A stretch of DNA of 64,000 nucleotides from Candidatus Hydrothermarchaeum profundi (GCA_002011125.2 MTMF02000009.1:1224989-1288988), one strand, 5' to 3'. Numbered from the stretch's first letter, positions 32,226 through 41,975 are shown. The notes: generated from the letters alone by a model not told the origin. Program-made: numbers and translations.

Positions 32226-34565
32226 ATGCGAGCAATATTCTCCGGAATTTTTTTGGTTTCTGTTGCAACGTTGATGTTAGAGGTATCCCTAACCAGAGTC
32301 TTTTCGGTATCACAGTGGTACCATTTTGCCTTCATGGTAGTGAGCTTGGCATTATTTGGGTTTGGTGCCAGTGGCTCGTTTCTATATCTGTTACCATCTC
32401 TGCTTGAAAAAGATTTAAAAAAGACTCTCTCTCATTTATCATTCCTTTTTTCTTTTACAACCCTAGTAACATTCGCTATCACCAATAAAATCCCGTTTGA
32501 TCCTTTTAGAGCGGCTTTTGACCCTCTTCAGTTAATTTATCCTGCCATATATTACGCATTACTCTCGATACCTTTTTTCTTCAGCGGACTTATCATGGCG
32601 GTTACCTTTACTAAAAAAGCTGAAAATGTAGGGAAAATATACTCCTCTTCGCTTTTGGGGTCTGGAGTCGGTAGCGTACTTCCGTTAGTTTTATCCCCGT
32701 TGGGAGGAACTAAGCTTATCATCATCTCGTGTTTGATAGGTGCAATTGCTGCAGTTTTGTTTGTTTCTTCTTTAAACAGGATTTTCTTTTTAATCAGTTG
32801 GATTATAGTAATTATAGCTATCTCCAGTCAACCTTTCTTACAGATAAATATCTCTCCTTATAAGTCTTTAAAAGCAGCTTTACGATATCCTGAAGCAAAA
32901 ATCCTTTACACAGAATGGAATGCGTTTTCTAGAGTAGATGTAGTAAATAGTTCTTATGTGAGATATGCTCCAGGCCTGAGCTATTCTTATACAAAGCCTC
33001 TACCACCCCAGTTAGGCATAACTATAGATGGAGGCGGATTAGATGTTATAACAAAGTATAATGAAAGTTCGTTAGAATTCCTAGACTACCTCACAACTGC
33101 CGTACCATATAGAATGAAAAAACATCCAAAAGTTCTAATCCTTGGGGCAGGAGGCGGATTAGAAGTCTTGAATGCATTGTACCATAATGCAAGTTCTGTT
33201 ACTGCAGTTGAGTTCAATCCAATAATTGTCCGCATTGTAAAGGATGATTTTCCTGATTTTTCTGGTGGGATATATGAGAAGGTGAAAGTGGAAGTAGATT
33301 ATAGTAGAAGCTTCGTCAAGAAAGATGAAAAGAACTACGATGTTATACAGCTTTCTTTAAAGCATGGAGCCGTTTTATCGTCTACAGGTGTCTATGCTCT
33401 AACGGAGGATTACATCTTTACCGTAGAGGCCTTTGAAGACTACTTACAAAGACTTTCAAATGAAGGAGTGTTAAGTATTACTAGATGGGTAAGGCCTCCT
33501 CCAAGGGAAACACCACGAATTGTTTCAATCGCAATTAGTGCTCTTAAACAAGAAGGGGTAGAGGACCCCAAGCGGCATATAGTTGTGATAAGAAGTTGGG
33601 GGACTATTACAACATTGATAAAAAAAGAGCCATTTCTACCTAGTGAAATATCCGCGGTAAAAGAGTTTTGTAAAGAAAAAAAGTTTGATATAGTTTATGC
33701 ACAGGGCATTGGACCTGCAGAAATAAACATTTACAATAGGTTTCCAGAGCCCTATTATCACCAGGTGGTCAGTGGTATACTAAATGGAGAGGTTGGTGAA
33801 GACTACCTTTTTGACATATCACCATCAAGTGATGACAAGCCCTTCTTTTTCCATTTCTTTAAATTAAGGAAGATCATTCCAACTTATCGAAGTATGGGTG
33901 AAAAATGGCAGCCTTTTATCGAGGGGGGATATTTAGTGTGGCTAGTCTTTGTTCAGGCATTATTTCTATCTTTTATTTTTATTCTTTTGCCTGTACGTTA
34001 TTATAAAAAAGTAAGGAGGGAGCAGTGGAGATTATTATTATATTTCTTCTGTCTGGGAATAGGGTTTATGTTTATTGAAATCGCTTTTATTCAAAAGTTT
34101 ATACTATTTTTAGGACATCCTGTATATTCTGTAGCTATTGTACTATTTTCGATGCTTATATTTTCCGGAATAGGAAGCCTGTTGTCTGAAAGACTAAAAG
34201 CTGAGAAAGAGAACTTCAGATGTATTCTTATCTTCTTGGCATTTGGTGTAATAGTTTATACGATTGGGTTGCCTCTTCTCTTCAAGAATTTATTAGTGGG
34301 GGGGATAATCGGTAGAGCAATTTTATCTTTAATCATTATAGCCCCTATTGCATTCCTTATGGGGATTCCCTTTCCTTTGGGTATAAAATTAGCAAATACG
34401 GCTGATCCTGATATTATCCCCTGGGCTTGGGCAGCTAATGGATGTTCCTCGGTCTTAGGCTCGATATTGGCTGTGATGTTAGCTATGCCTATGGGATTCA
34501 GCTCGATTTTGATAATAGCGTCTGTTGTATATGTCTTGGGATTATCTACGCTCATTTTGAAATAA
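32226..34565 (+). CDS. Polytopic membrane protein with central class I SAM-binding (spermidine-synthase-like) domain
   Basis: About 7 N-terminal TMs, WNAFSRVD, VLILGAGGG, VEFNP, YDVIQL, FTVEAF, DDKPFF, then about 7 C-terminal TMs with GIPFP and WAWAANG. Confidence 0.85.
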   Translation: MRAIFSGIFLVSVATLMLEVSLTRVFSVSQWYHFAFMVVSLALFGFGASGSFLYLLPSLLEKDLKKTLSHLSFLFSFTTLVTFAITNKIPFDPFRAAFDPLQLIYPAIYYALLSIPFFFSGLIMAVTFTKKAENVGKIYSSSLLGSGVGSVLPLVLSPLGGTKLIIISCLIGAIAAVLFVSSLNRIFFLISWIIVIIAISSQPFLQINISPYKSLKAALRYPEAKILYTEWNAFSRVDVVNSSYVRYAPGLSYSYTKPLPPQLGITIDGGGLDVITKYNESSLEFLDYLTTAVPYRMKKHPKVLILGAGGGLEVLNALYHNASSVTAVEFNPIIVRIVKDDFPDFSGGIYEKVKVEVDYSRSFVKKDEKNYDVIQLSLKHGAVLSSTGVYALTEDYIFTVEAFEDYLQRLSNEGVLSITRWVRPPPRETPRIVSIAISALKQEGVEDPKRHIVVIRSWGTITTLIKKEPFLPSEISAVKEFCKEKKFDIVYAQGIGPAEINIYNRFPEPYYHQVVSGILNGEVGEDYLFDISPSSDDKPFFFHFFKLRKIIPTYRSMGEKWQPFIEGGYLVWLVFVQALFLSFIFILLPVRYYKKVRREQWRLLLYFFCLGIGFMFIEIAFIQKFILFLGHPVYSVAIVLFSMLIFSGIGSLLSERLKAEKENFRCILIFLAFGVIVYTIGLPLLFKNLLVGGIIGRAILSLIIIAPIAFLMGIPFPLGIKLANTADPDIIPWAWAANGCSSVLGSILAVMLAMPMGFSSILIIASVVYVLGLSTLILK

Positions 34566-34567
34566 TT

Positions 34568-35713
34568 TCAACGCTTCTCAGCTTCGCCTGTCATCGGCAC
34601 GAATCTATAAAAACCAGGGAGTTGCGTTATATACGATTCTCCATTTTCTTTTCTTAAAATAGTCATAGTCTGATAATACGTTGTAGGACCCAGAGGTAAG
34701 ATTAGTCTTCCACCCTCTTTAAGCTGATCTATGAGGGGAGGAGGTATATGATCAACAGCAGCTGTGATCATTATAGCATCAAAAGGTGCCTCTTCTTTCC
34801 ATCCGAAATACCCATCGGCATTCTTGACGTGAATATTAGTATAACCCATCTCTTTTAATCTCTCCTCTGCCTTTTCAGCTAGCTCTTTCCTTATCTCTAT
34901 GGTGTAGACCTCCTCCACGATCTCAGCTAAAATCGCTGCTTGATAACCTGACCCAGTGCCGATCTCTAAGACTTTCTCATCCCCCTTCAATTCTAAGGCT
35001 TGAGTCATTAAAGCCACCACATAAGGTTGAGATATTGTCTGGCCCTCCCCTATTGGTAGAGGATGGTCTTCATAGGCAATATTCACATCACTAGGCCGCA
35101 CAAACTTATGTCGGGGTACCCTCCACATGACCTCTAGCACTTTCTCATCAGTTATATCGCGCTGTTTCAAGTCTTTTTCTACCATTAGAGTTCTCTTCTC
35201 TTTAAATTCTGTCTCTTCAAACAAGCTTAAATAGTTCTGATAAAGCCGCACCTTGTTTTCCATACCCGCTTCTTTGGTTTGAGTTCTCCCGCTTCCTCCA
35301 ATTACACAAATTATCTGTCCTTTAGCCCATTTATCTGTCTTAACATACATCCTTTTTTTACCCGGAATCCTCAAATACTTCTCTTCCTCGTTGTTTAAGA
35401 TTCCTCTAACGACCTCACCTATGCCTTCATAGGCGTCTGGTCCTCCAAGGATAAGGATAAATTGCTCCTTTTTATAGCTTTCAAAGTTAGAAGCTTCAAT
35501 AGGCGTCAAGTCTACTCCTTTTTCAGCGAGAAAGGTAATCAACTCAGAGGCAAGTTCAATATCGATGGAGTTAGCAAGCAACACTCCAGAAGCAGTCTCT
35601 TTATTCTCAGGGTTAATAGTTTTAGCTTGTCCGCTCTCTAAACAGCCTACAAATATGAAGGCGATTAAGAATGTAATTAAGGTTAATTTGTCTAGCGTAC
35701 TTTTAACTTTCAT
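34568..35713 (-). CDS. pcm: Protein-L-isoaspartate O-methyltransferase fused to an N-terminal lipoprotein-signal/surface domain
   Basis: C-terminal half: [53 protein letters not shown]-terminal: hydrophobic signal ending VGC and a ~130-aa domain (LANSID..ILGGPDA..VIGG). Confidence 0.9.
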   Translation of the reverse strand: MKVKSTLDKLTLITFLIAFIFVGCLESGQAKTINPENKETASGVLLANSIDIELASELITFLAEKGVDLTPIEASNFESYKKEQFILILGGPDAYEGIGEVVRGILNNEEEKYLRIPGKKRMYVKTDKWAKGQIICVIGGSGRTQTKEAGMENKVRLYQNYLSLFEETEFKEKRTLMVEKDLKQRDITDEKVLEVMWRVPRHKFVRPSDVNIAYEDHPLPIGEGQTISQPYVVALMTQALELKGDEKVLEIGTGSGYQAAILAEIVEEVYTIEIRKELAEKAEERLKEMGYTNIHVKNADGYFGWKEEAPFDAIMITAAVDHIPPPLIDQLKEGGRLILPLGPTTYYQTMTILRKENGESYITQLPGFYRFVPMTGEAEKR

Positions 35714-35750
35714 CTCAAATTTGAGTAGCTACTCAAAAGTTATATATATT
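35714..35750. promoter_or_regulatory. Divergent pcm/ribH promoter with perfect 18-bp palindrome
   Basis: TTTGAGTAGCTACTCAAA (35720-35737) is self-complementary, overlaps the 12-bp palindrome CTCAAATTTGAG (35714-35725) and is next to TATA-like TTATATATA (35740-35748). Confidence 0.6.
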
Positions 35751-35796
35751 TCTTGGTAAAAATCCAAGGCATAAATCCTTAAAGGGGTGGTAATAT

Positions 35797-36207
35797 ATGA
35801 ATCTAGGCATAGTAGCCGCTGAGTTTAATTATGATATCACATATGCAATGGTGGAGCTTGCCAAAGAGCATGCTGAATTTCTAGGCGCAAAAGTTGTAGA
35901 GATCGTAAAAGTACCAGGGGTATTCGATATGCCCCTCGGTGTCAAAAAACTTCTTGAGAGAGAGGATATAGATGGCGTGGTTACCCTTGGAGCAGTAATA
36001 GAAGGCGAGACAGAACACGATGATATCGTAATCCAGCATGCTTCGAGAAAAATTGCAGACTTAGCTCTCGATTACGGTAAGCCGGTTTCTCTCGGGATTT
36101 CTGGTCCAGGTATGAGTAGGCTTGAAGCCCATGCGAGAGTGAAATATGCTAAACGAGCAGTTGAAGCGGCTGTTAAAATGATAAAAAGAATGAAAGAGTT
36201 AGAGTGA
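35797..36207 (+). CDS. ribH: 6,7-dimethyl-8-ribityllumazine synthase
   Basis: AEFNYDIT, VPGVFDMP, LGAVIEGETEHD, KPVSLGISGPG. Confidence 0.96.
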   Translation: MNLGIVAAEFNYDITYAMVELAKEHAEFLGAKVVEIVKVPGVFDMPLGVKKLLEREDIDGVVTLGAVIEGETEHDDIVIQHASRKIADLALDYGKPVSLGISGPGMSRLEAHARVKYAKRAVEAAVKMIKRMKELE

Positions 36208-36819
36208 TTCGTCTCTTTTATTCGGGTATCCCCTTTCAATAATCCTTTGAAGAATGTTCCTAGTGGAATGAAGGGCGCACTCTTTATACTCTGTGACTCT
36301 TTTTACTTCGACATTTAGTCCTCTTTTCCGTAGCTCTTCTTTTATATACTCTGCATTATGTGTCTGATCCGGTCCGAGAACTATAACATCTGGTTTAATC
36401 CTCTCTATAACCCTAAGGTAATCATCGGTTTCACCTAATATAGCAATATCGACAGGTTTTAATAGTTTAACCATCTCCAACCTCTGGTCTTCCGGCACTA
36501 TTGGAATACGTTTTCTGTTTTTTACAGTTTCATCTCTTGCTACGATGACTACCAAAACATCCCCATATGCCTTAGCTTTCTCAAGCATGAAACCATGGCC
36601 CGGATGAAGAATATCAAAAACTCCCCCGCATACAGCGACCCTTATCTGTTTCCTCCCCTTATCAGTAAGTTTAAATCCTTCGATGTAACCTTTTTCTCTC
36701 AGTAATTCTAGTTTCCGCTGGGTTAAGTTAAGCTTTTCTTTTAAATCCTCCTCACTAGTAACAGCATTCTCAAACTCGAGTTTCCATATCTCAGCTAATA
36801 TTTTTTTCACAAAAATCAC
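36199..36819 (-). CDS. ribL: Archaeal FAD synthase with N-terminal winged-helix-like extension
   Basis: GVFDILHPGH (HxGH), VARD, LGPDQ, HSTRNI; extra ~58 aa ending LREKGYI..LTDKG. Confidence 0.85.
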   Translation of the reverse strand: MIFVKKILAEIWKLEFENAVTSEEDLKEKLNLTQRKLELLREKGYIEGFKLTDKGRKQIRVAVCGGVFDILHPGHGFMLEKAKAYGDVLVVIVARDETVKNRKRIPIVPEDQRLEMVKLLKPVDIAILGETDDYLRVIERIKPDVIVLGPDQTHNAEYIKEELRKRGLNVEVKRVTEYKECALHSTRNILQRIIERGYPNKRDESL

Positions 36820-36832
36820 CTAGAATCTCACA

Positions 36833-37411
36833 TTATAATTGGTACCGCATTGCCTTTCTCAAAGCTCTTGCTAGAAGTCTAGCCACCCTTAAGGGTTCAG
36901 GTATTGCGCCCTGAAGCGTAAACTTATCTAAGAAATATTTTACTTCCATTTTTTTGGCGCCTAAAAATCTGACTAGAACTTCATGGCCTGTGTGGAGCTT
37001 AATAGGCGTCCTATTTCCCAGACGCTTATACATACTAAGCCTAACCTCCGAATCCTCAAATTCTTTGAGATACTTATCCAATCCTTCAGACTCTTCATAT
37101 GTAACGCATACAACTGGCAGTTTTGTTTCACTATGAACCTTCTCAAGGTCGATTATATTGAACATGCTTATAACACATCCGTTAAGGAGGATTGCATTTA
37201 TGTCCCTTCTATTTAAGGTATCAAAAATTTGTATTACCCCTTCAGTAGCGTCAAGCCCTCCAATAGTAATTTTACTAATCGCAAATCCATCAATTTGCAA
37301 ATCTCCTCGCATTACGACCCCTGCTAGAATAGCATTTTCACTGCTCCCTTTTTGAAAACTTTCAGCTATTCCCAATGTTCTAATACCCTTCTTATCAAAA
37401 TGGATCTTCAC
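36833..37411 (-). CDS. DUF99 family (endonuclease V-like) protein
   Basis: LGIAESF, GVVMRGD, GGLDAT, FNIID, PEPLRVARL. Confidence 0.85.
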   Translation of the reverse strand: MKIHFDKKGIRTLGIAESFQKGSSENAILAGVVMRGDLQIDGFAISKITIGGLDATEGVIQIFDTLNRRDINAILLNGCVISMFNIIDLEKVHSETKLPVVCVTYEESEGLDKYLKEFEDSEVRLSMYKRLGNRTPIKLHTGHEVLVRFLGAKKMEVKYFLDKFTLQGAIPEPLRVARLLARALRKAMRYQL

Positions 37412-38178
37412 CCAAACTCCTCCAAGTATTCTTCCTCCATAAAATGGAGTTCTCCAGGGACTATTAACGTATGAGGAGGAACCCCAAAATCTAGGTATAA
37501 AAGGTCCCTAACTTTTCCAGATTTCATTACATACTCAAAAGAGCCTATGTTTCCTAGTACTACACACAGGGTATCATATGTAAATACCTTTTCACCTCTT
37601 TTCTCCTCAATATCGAGCAGAACTCTCATAGCATCGTTAGCAGTCATTGTTTTCCTCTTATCCCCCTCAACTTTAATGTCAAGGAATAGTAGAGTATGAA
37701 GACCCCTTTCCCGATTTTCCTTTATCACGTTATAAGGGGTTTCTGGTGAATAGCCTCTTTCCGGTATAGCAACTGTGGCAGAACGTCCAAACTTGTAGTT
37801 ATGTAAGCCGGAGATAGATGGAGCAGCGGAGAAAATTGAAGAATTATGAATTACTCTGGTGCTGATACCAAGCTTTTTGGCATCTAATCGTAGATGTACA
37901 TGTGTCGTGGATATTAGGGGATCTCCGGGTACCATCAGTCCTACTTTTGAATTCTTAGCTAACTTTAGAATAGTTTCATGGGCCTTCTCCTCGATGTCCT
38001 CCCTCTTTAAAATTTTGATTTTCTTTCTTACAAGTTCTTCGAGTCTACTAATATTCAGGCCAGCCATTTCACTAGTATAGAACTCTGCGAAAAGTATATC
38101 GCAACTTTCCGCTTCGCGTAGGCCTTTAAGAGAGATATCAGCCTCAGAATGAAGTCCTAGACCTATGAACACTAGCAT
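37408..38178 (-). CDS. dph5: Diphthine synthase
   Basis: FIGLGL, EFYTS, GDPLISTTH, YKFGRS, GLHTLLFLDI, PPHTLIVPG. Confidence 0.96.
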   Translation of the reverse strand: MLVFIGLGLHSEADISLKGLREAESCDILFAEFYTSEMAGLNISRLEELVRKKIKILKREDIEEKAHETILKLAKNSKVGLMVPGDPLISTTHVHLRLDAKKLGISTRVIHNSSIFSAAPSISGLHNYKFGRSATVAIPERGYSPETPYNVIKENRERGLHTLLFLDIKVEGDKRKTMTANDAMRVLLDIEEKRGEKVFTYDTLCVVLGNIGSFEYVMKSGKVRDLLYLDFGVPPHTLIVPGELHFMEEEYLEEFG

Positions 38179-38225
38179 AATAAAAAGATATAGGCCCTTA
38201 ACCGATAAAAAGGTATATATTAGCT

Positions 38226-38795
38226 TTAGAGAACTCCTTTAGTGCTGGGTATACCTTCCCCTTCGATAGAACAGGCTTGTTTTAATGATAATGCTAGAGA
38301 TTTAAAAATAGCTTCAGCTTTATGGTGTTCATTTTTACCATCCAATAGCTTGATGTGGAGATTTATTTTGAATTCTGAGGTAAAAGTTTCAAGAAAATGT
38401 AAGATCATCTCAGAGCTTAATCCTTCAATTTTTTTCCTACGAAAACTCACATTATTGACGAAATAGCTTCTGCCACTTATATCTACTGAGGTAAGAATGA
38501 GAACGTCATCCATAGGAACGATAGAATATCCGAATCTCCTAATTCCCTTTTTATTTCCTAAAGCATCTTTAAAGGCTTTCCCAAGGACAATCGCCACATC
38601 TTCTATGATATGGTGTTCATTATCTCCAATGGCATTAATTTTTAAGTCAAAGGAACCATGCTTCGCTAAACTTGAAAGCATATGATTAAAAAAAGGGATT
38701 CCTGTTTCTATTTCTTGATCTCCTTTTCCATCTATTTTAAGAGAAACCTTAACATCTGTTTCATTAGTCTTTCGTTCTACGTTTGAAGCACGCAT
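38226..38795 (-). CDS. hisB: Imidazoleglycerol-phosphate dehydratase
   Basis: RKTNET, FFNHML, HHIIED, PMDD, NEHHKAEAIFK, PSTKGVL. Confidence 0.96.
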   Translation of the reverse strand: MRASNVERKTNETDVKVSLKIDGKGDQEIETGIPFFNHMLSSLAKHGSFDLKINAIGDNEHHIIEDVAIVLGKAFKDALGNKKGIRRFGYSIVPMDDVLILTSVDISGRSYFVNNVSFRRKKIEGLSSEMILHFLETFTSEFKINLHIKLLDGKNEHHKAEAIFKSLALSLKQACSIEGEGIPSTKGVL

Positions 38796-38850
38796 AAGAT
38801 TGGGATTGTAAGCGAATCAATATAAGGCTTACCATCTAAAAGGATCCTAA

Positions 38851-39558
38851 TTAAAATACCTTCTTAGGGTCAATTTTGCCAAAATATAGGGCTGAGCCGA
38901 TTATTACTCCAGCTGCTCCTAATTCCCTCACTTTCGAAATATCATTTACAGATGAAATCCCGCCTGAGACTATAACACTTAATGGCGAGGATTCAATAAC
39001 CTCCTTTAACATTTTTTCGTTAATACCACTCATTCGGCCTTCTACATTCACATCAGTGAATAATATCTCCTGTGCATATGACTCAAACTTTTTAGCTATC
39101 TCTGAGGCCCTAAACCCAGTAGACTCAGTCCACCCTTTTATTACTACATACCCATCCTTTGAATCAAGGGCTACGATTATTCTCTCTCTACCATACTTTT
39201 CAGCAAGTCCCTTCAATCTGCTAGGATCTTGGATAGCAAGGGTACCTAATATTATCTTTTCAACTCCCAGATCCAAGAACCTCCTAGCGTCTTCTATGCT
39301 CCTTATTCCCCCTCCAAATTGAATCGGAATTTGAAGCTCTTCAACTATCTTCTTTACTATCTCTTCGTTTTTCCTAAATCCTCCTATTGCTCCATCGAGA
39401 TCAATAAGATGTAGTCTCTTAGCGCCCATCTCCTCCCACTTTTTTGCTACTTCTACCGGGTCCTCTAGTTCTATTAGCCTTCTAGAAGGGTCTCCTCCTT
39501 CTAGTTGGACGCACTTCCGATCTTTCAAGTCTAAGGCAGGTATAACCAAAAAAGTCAT
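38851..39558 (-). CDS. hisA: ProFAR isomerase
   Basis: IPALDL..CVQL, HLIDLDGA, QFGGGIR, SGGI. Confidence 0.95.
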   Translation of the reverse strand: MTFLVIPALDLKDRKCVQLEGGDPSRRLIELEDPVEVAKKWEEMGAKRLHLIDLDGAIGGFRKNEEIVKKIVEELQIPIQFGGGIRSIEDARRFLDLGVEKIILGTLAIQDPSRLKGLAEKYGRERIIVALDSKDGYVVIKGWTESTGFRASEIAKKFESYAQEILFTDVNVEGRMSGINEKMLKEVIESSPLSVIVSGGISSVNDISKVRELGAAGVIIGSALYFGKIDPKKVF

Positions 39559-39613
39559 GGGAATAGGTTTGGCTTACCATTAAATATAAAATTTGGCTAT
39601 TATAGGGGAATAC

Positions 39614-40474
39614 TTATGGCACGATTCTCTCAATGGGTACTACCAAAATATCCCTTGCGCCGACTTTTTTAGCTTCATTTATAACTGAGTATACGTCTTC
39701 TTCATCAACTACGACATTCACTGCCAGCATAGGGGACTCTGCAGCTACTTCCGATACAGTGGGCCCAGCCATACCGGGCATAATCCTTTTTATGTCCTCT
39801 AACGCCTCCCTTGGAACATTCATCATTATTAACTTCTTCCTCTCGGCGAGGAGTACGCTTTTTAAGGATAGAACTATGCCGTCGATTTTCTTTTTAAACT
39901 TCTTTAAAGAATCTTTATTTGCTATTAAATGGGCTGAAGTTTCTATTATTTCATCTATAATCTTTAGCTTATGGACTGTGAGTGTAGTGCCGGTACTTGT
40001 TAGGTCCACTATTAGGTCGGCTATTCCAATATGCGGGGCTATTTCAGTAGCTCCTGAAACTTTAGTAATTTCTACTTTTTTTCCATGTTTTTTAAAGAAC
40101 TCTGTTGTAAGCCTCGGGAATTCTGTAGCAACTCTAGCGCCTGACTTAATATCTCTTGGAGACCTAATACTAGAGCTGTCCGGTACAGCAACAACCAGTC
40201 TTGCTTTACCGAAATTTAAATTAAGGATAAGCTCTACATCATAGTTGGTTTCCATGATGACGTCTAAACCCGTAACACCTAGGTCCGCGGCTCCGTCGTG
40301 GACGAATTCCGGGATGTCTAATGCTCTGACAAAGAGTAATTGCACTTCAGGATCAACGGTGCTGGCAAAGAGTCTACGCTCTCCGAAATCTACTACTTTT
40401 AGACCAGCCCTATCAAGTATATTAATTGTTGGCTCATGCAGTCTTCCTTTATTTGGTATAGCGATTTTTATCAT
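39614..40474 (-). CDS. hisG: ATP phosphoribosyltransferase (long form)
   Basis: AIPNKGRL, DLGVTG, ATEFP, GATE, DLTSTGTTL, C-terminal ACT-like domain. Confidence 0.96.
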   Translation of the reverse strand: MIKIAIPNKGRLHEPTINILDRAGLKVVDFGERRLFASTVDPEVQLLFVRALDIPEFVHDGAADLGVTGLDVIMETNYDVELILNLNFGKARLVVAVPDSSSIRSPRDIKSGARVATEFPRLTTEFFKKHGKKVEITKVSGATEIAPHIGIADLIVDLTSTGTTLTVHKLKIIDEIIETSAHLIANKDSLKKFKKKIDGIVLSLKSVLLAERKKLIMMNVPREALEDIKRIMPGMAGPTVSEVAAESPMLAVNVVVDEEDVYSVINEAKKVGARDILVVPIERIVP

Positions 40475-40488
40475 ATGGAGGTAGGGAT

Positions 40489-41802
40489 ATGGATATCCTT
40501 ATTAAAAATGGTATCGTAATAACAATGGATAAAGAAAGGAGGATATTAAAAGATTTTTCTATAAGTATAACCGATGGTATTATTGAAGAAATAAAACCTG
40601 AAATAAAGGGGGAGGCGGACTTTGTAATCGATGCTAGCCGTAAGATAGTAATGCCGGGGTTTGTCAATACACATACGCATCTTGCAATGAGCCTTTTCAG
40701 AGGAGTAGCAGATGATTTACCATTAATGAGATGGCTCCAAGAGGAAATATGGCCGATGGAAAAGAAGCTTGAAGCAAACCACGTGTATGCAGGAGCTCTT
40801 CTCGGATGTCTTGAAATGATAAAGACAGGTACCACTTGTTTTAATGATATGTACTTTTACATGGATGAGGTAGCGAGGAGTATAGAAGAGTCAGGTATGC
40901 GAGGCGTGATATCCTACGCAATGTTTGATTTTGGAGACGAGAGTAAAGCTGATGATATATTAAAGGAAGGAGGAAAAAGTATAAAGAAATACAACGTGGC
41001 AGGAAGCCGGATTAAAGCAGTTCTTGGACCACATGCGCCTTACACTTGCTCTGAAAAGCTCCTTGTCAAGACTGCAGAAATGGCGAAAAAACATAATACC
41101 TTGATACATATTCATGTCGCAGAAACTAAAGAAGAAGTTGAAACATCAAAGAAAGAAAAAGGAAAAACCCCTTTTGAGTACTTAGATAATATTGGTTTCC
41201 TTAGGGATAATGTTTTAGCGAGCCACTCAACATGGGTGACTGAAAAAGAGATAAAGATTCTTAAGAAGAGAAATGTCAAGGTGGCGCATAATCCTACCAG
41301 CAATATGAAAATAGGATGCGGAGTCGCTCCGATTCCTGAATATATAGAAAACGGGGTCTTGGTATCATTAGGCACAGATGGAGCAGCTAGTAATAATAGC
41401 CTAGATATGTTTCAGGAAATGAAAATCTGTGCTTTATTACATAAGATAAATAAAAGAGATGCGTCAGTTGTTCCCGCAGAGAAAGTCCTAGAGTTTGCAA
41501 CAATAAATGGTGCAAGAGCCCTTGGTTTAGATAATGAAATAGGTTCGGTAGAGGTGGGGAAAAAAGCTGATGTTATCCTTGTTGATCTAGATAGACCTAA
41601 TCTCACTCCTCTGACCAATCCTGTATCACACCTAGTTTATTCAGCAAGGGGATGTGACGTAGACACAGTAATAATAGATGGGAAGATAGTAATGGAAGAT
41701 AGGCGGGTGAGAACTATCGACCAGCCCCAAGTATTAAATTTTGCCATGGAGCAGGCTAGAGACCTATATCAAAAGACAGCGAAAGAAGATAAATTATTTT
41801 AA
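40489..41802 (+). CDS. mtaD: MTA/SAH/5'-deoxyadenosine deaminase (amidohydrolase)
   Basis: NTHTH, GPHAPYT, HIHVAET, HNPTSNMK, GTDGAASNN; SD GGAGGT. Confidence 0.88.
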   Translation: MDILIKNGIVITMDKERRILKDFSISITDGIIEEIKPEIKGEADFVIDASRKIVMPGFVNTHTHLAMSLFRGVADDLPLMRWLQEEIWPMEKKLEANHVYAGALLGCLEMIKTGTTCFNDMYFYMDEVARSIEESGMRGVISYAMFDFGDESKADDILKEGGKSIKKYNVAGSRIKAVLGPHAPYTCSEKLLVKTAEMAKKHNTLIHIHVAETKEEVETSKKEKGKTPFEYLDNIGFLRDNVLASHSTWVTEKEIKILKKRNVKVAHNPTSNMKIGCGVAPIPEYIENGVLVSLGTDGAASNNSLDMFQEMKICALLHKINKRDASVVPAEKVLEFATINGARALGLDNEIGSVEVGKKADVILVDLDRPNLTPLTNPVSHLVYSARGCDVDTVIIDGKIVMEDRRVRTIDQPQVLNFAMEQARDLYQKTAKEDKLF

Positions 41803-41810
41803 TTTTTTTT
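41803..41810 (+). terminator. Oligo-T archaeal terminator after mtaD
   Basis: T8 run immediately after the TAA stop. Confidence 0.5.
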
Positions 41811-41975
41811 GGCTCCGGCTCTGTTTTATATTCTTTCTGAAAAGGATCTACTCTAAATATATTTTTTTCTAGGTTTCTCCCTACCTAGGATCATATCAAT
41901 CTAACAGACTTTCAATTTACTACAGTCTGCCGCAGCATTTAATGTACTTATCCTATACTGCCTAAGAATATTGAG

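Noticed and set aside
39633-40244. 203-aa antisense ORF
   Set aside because: Shadow of hisG
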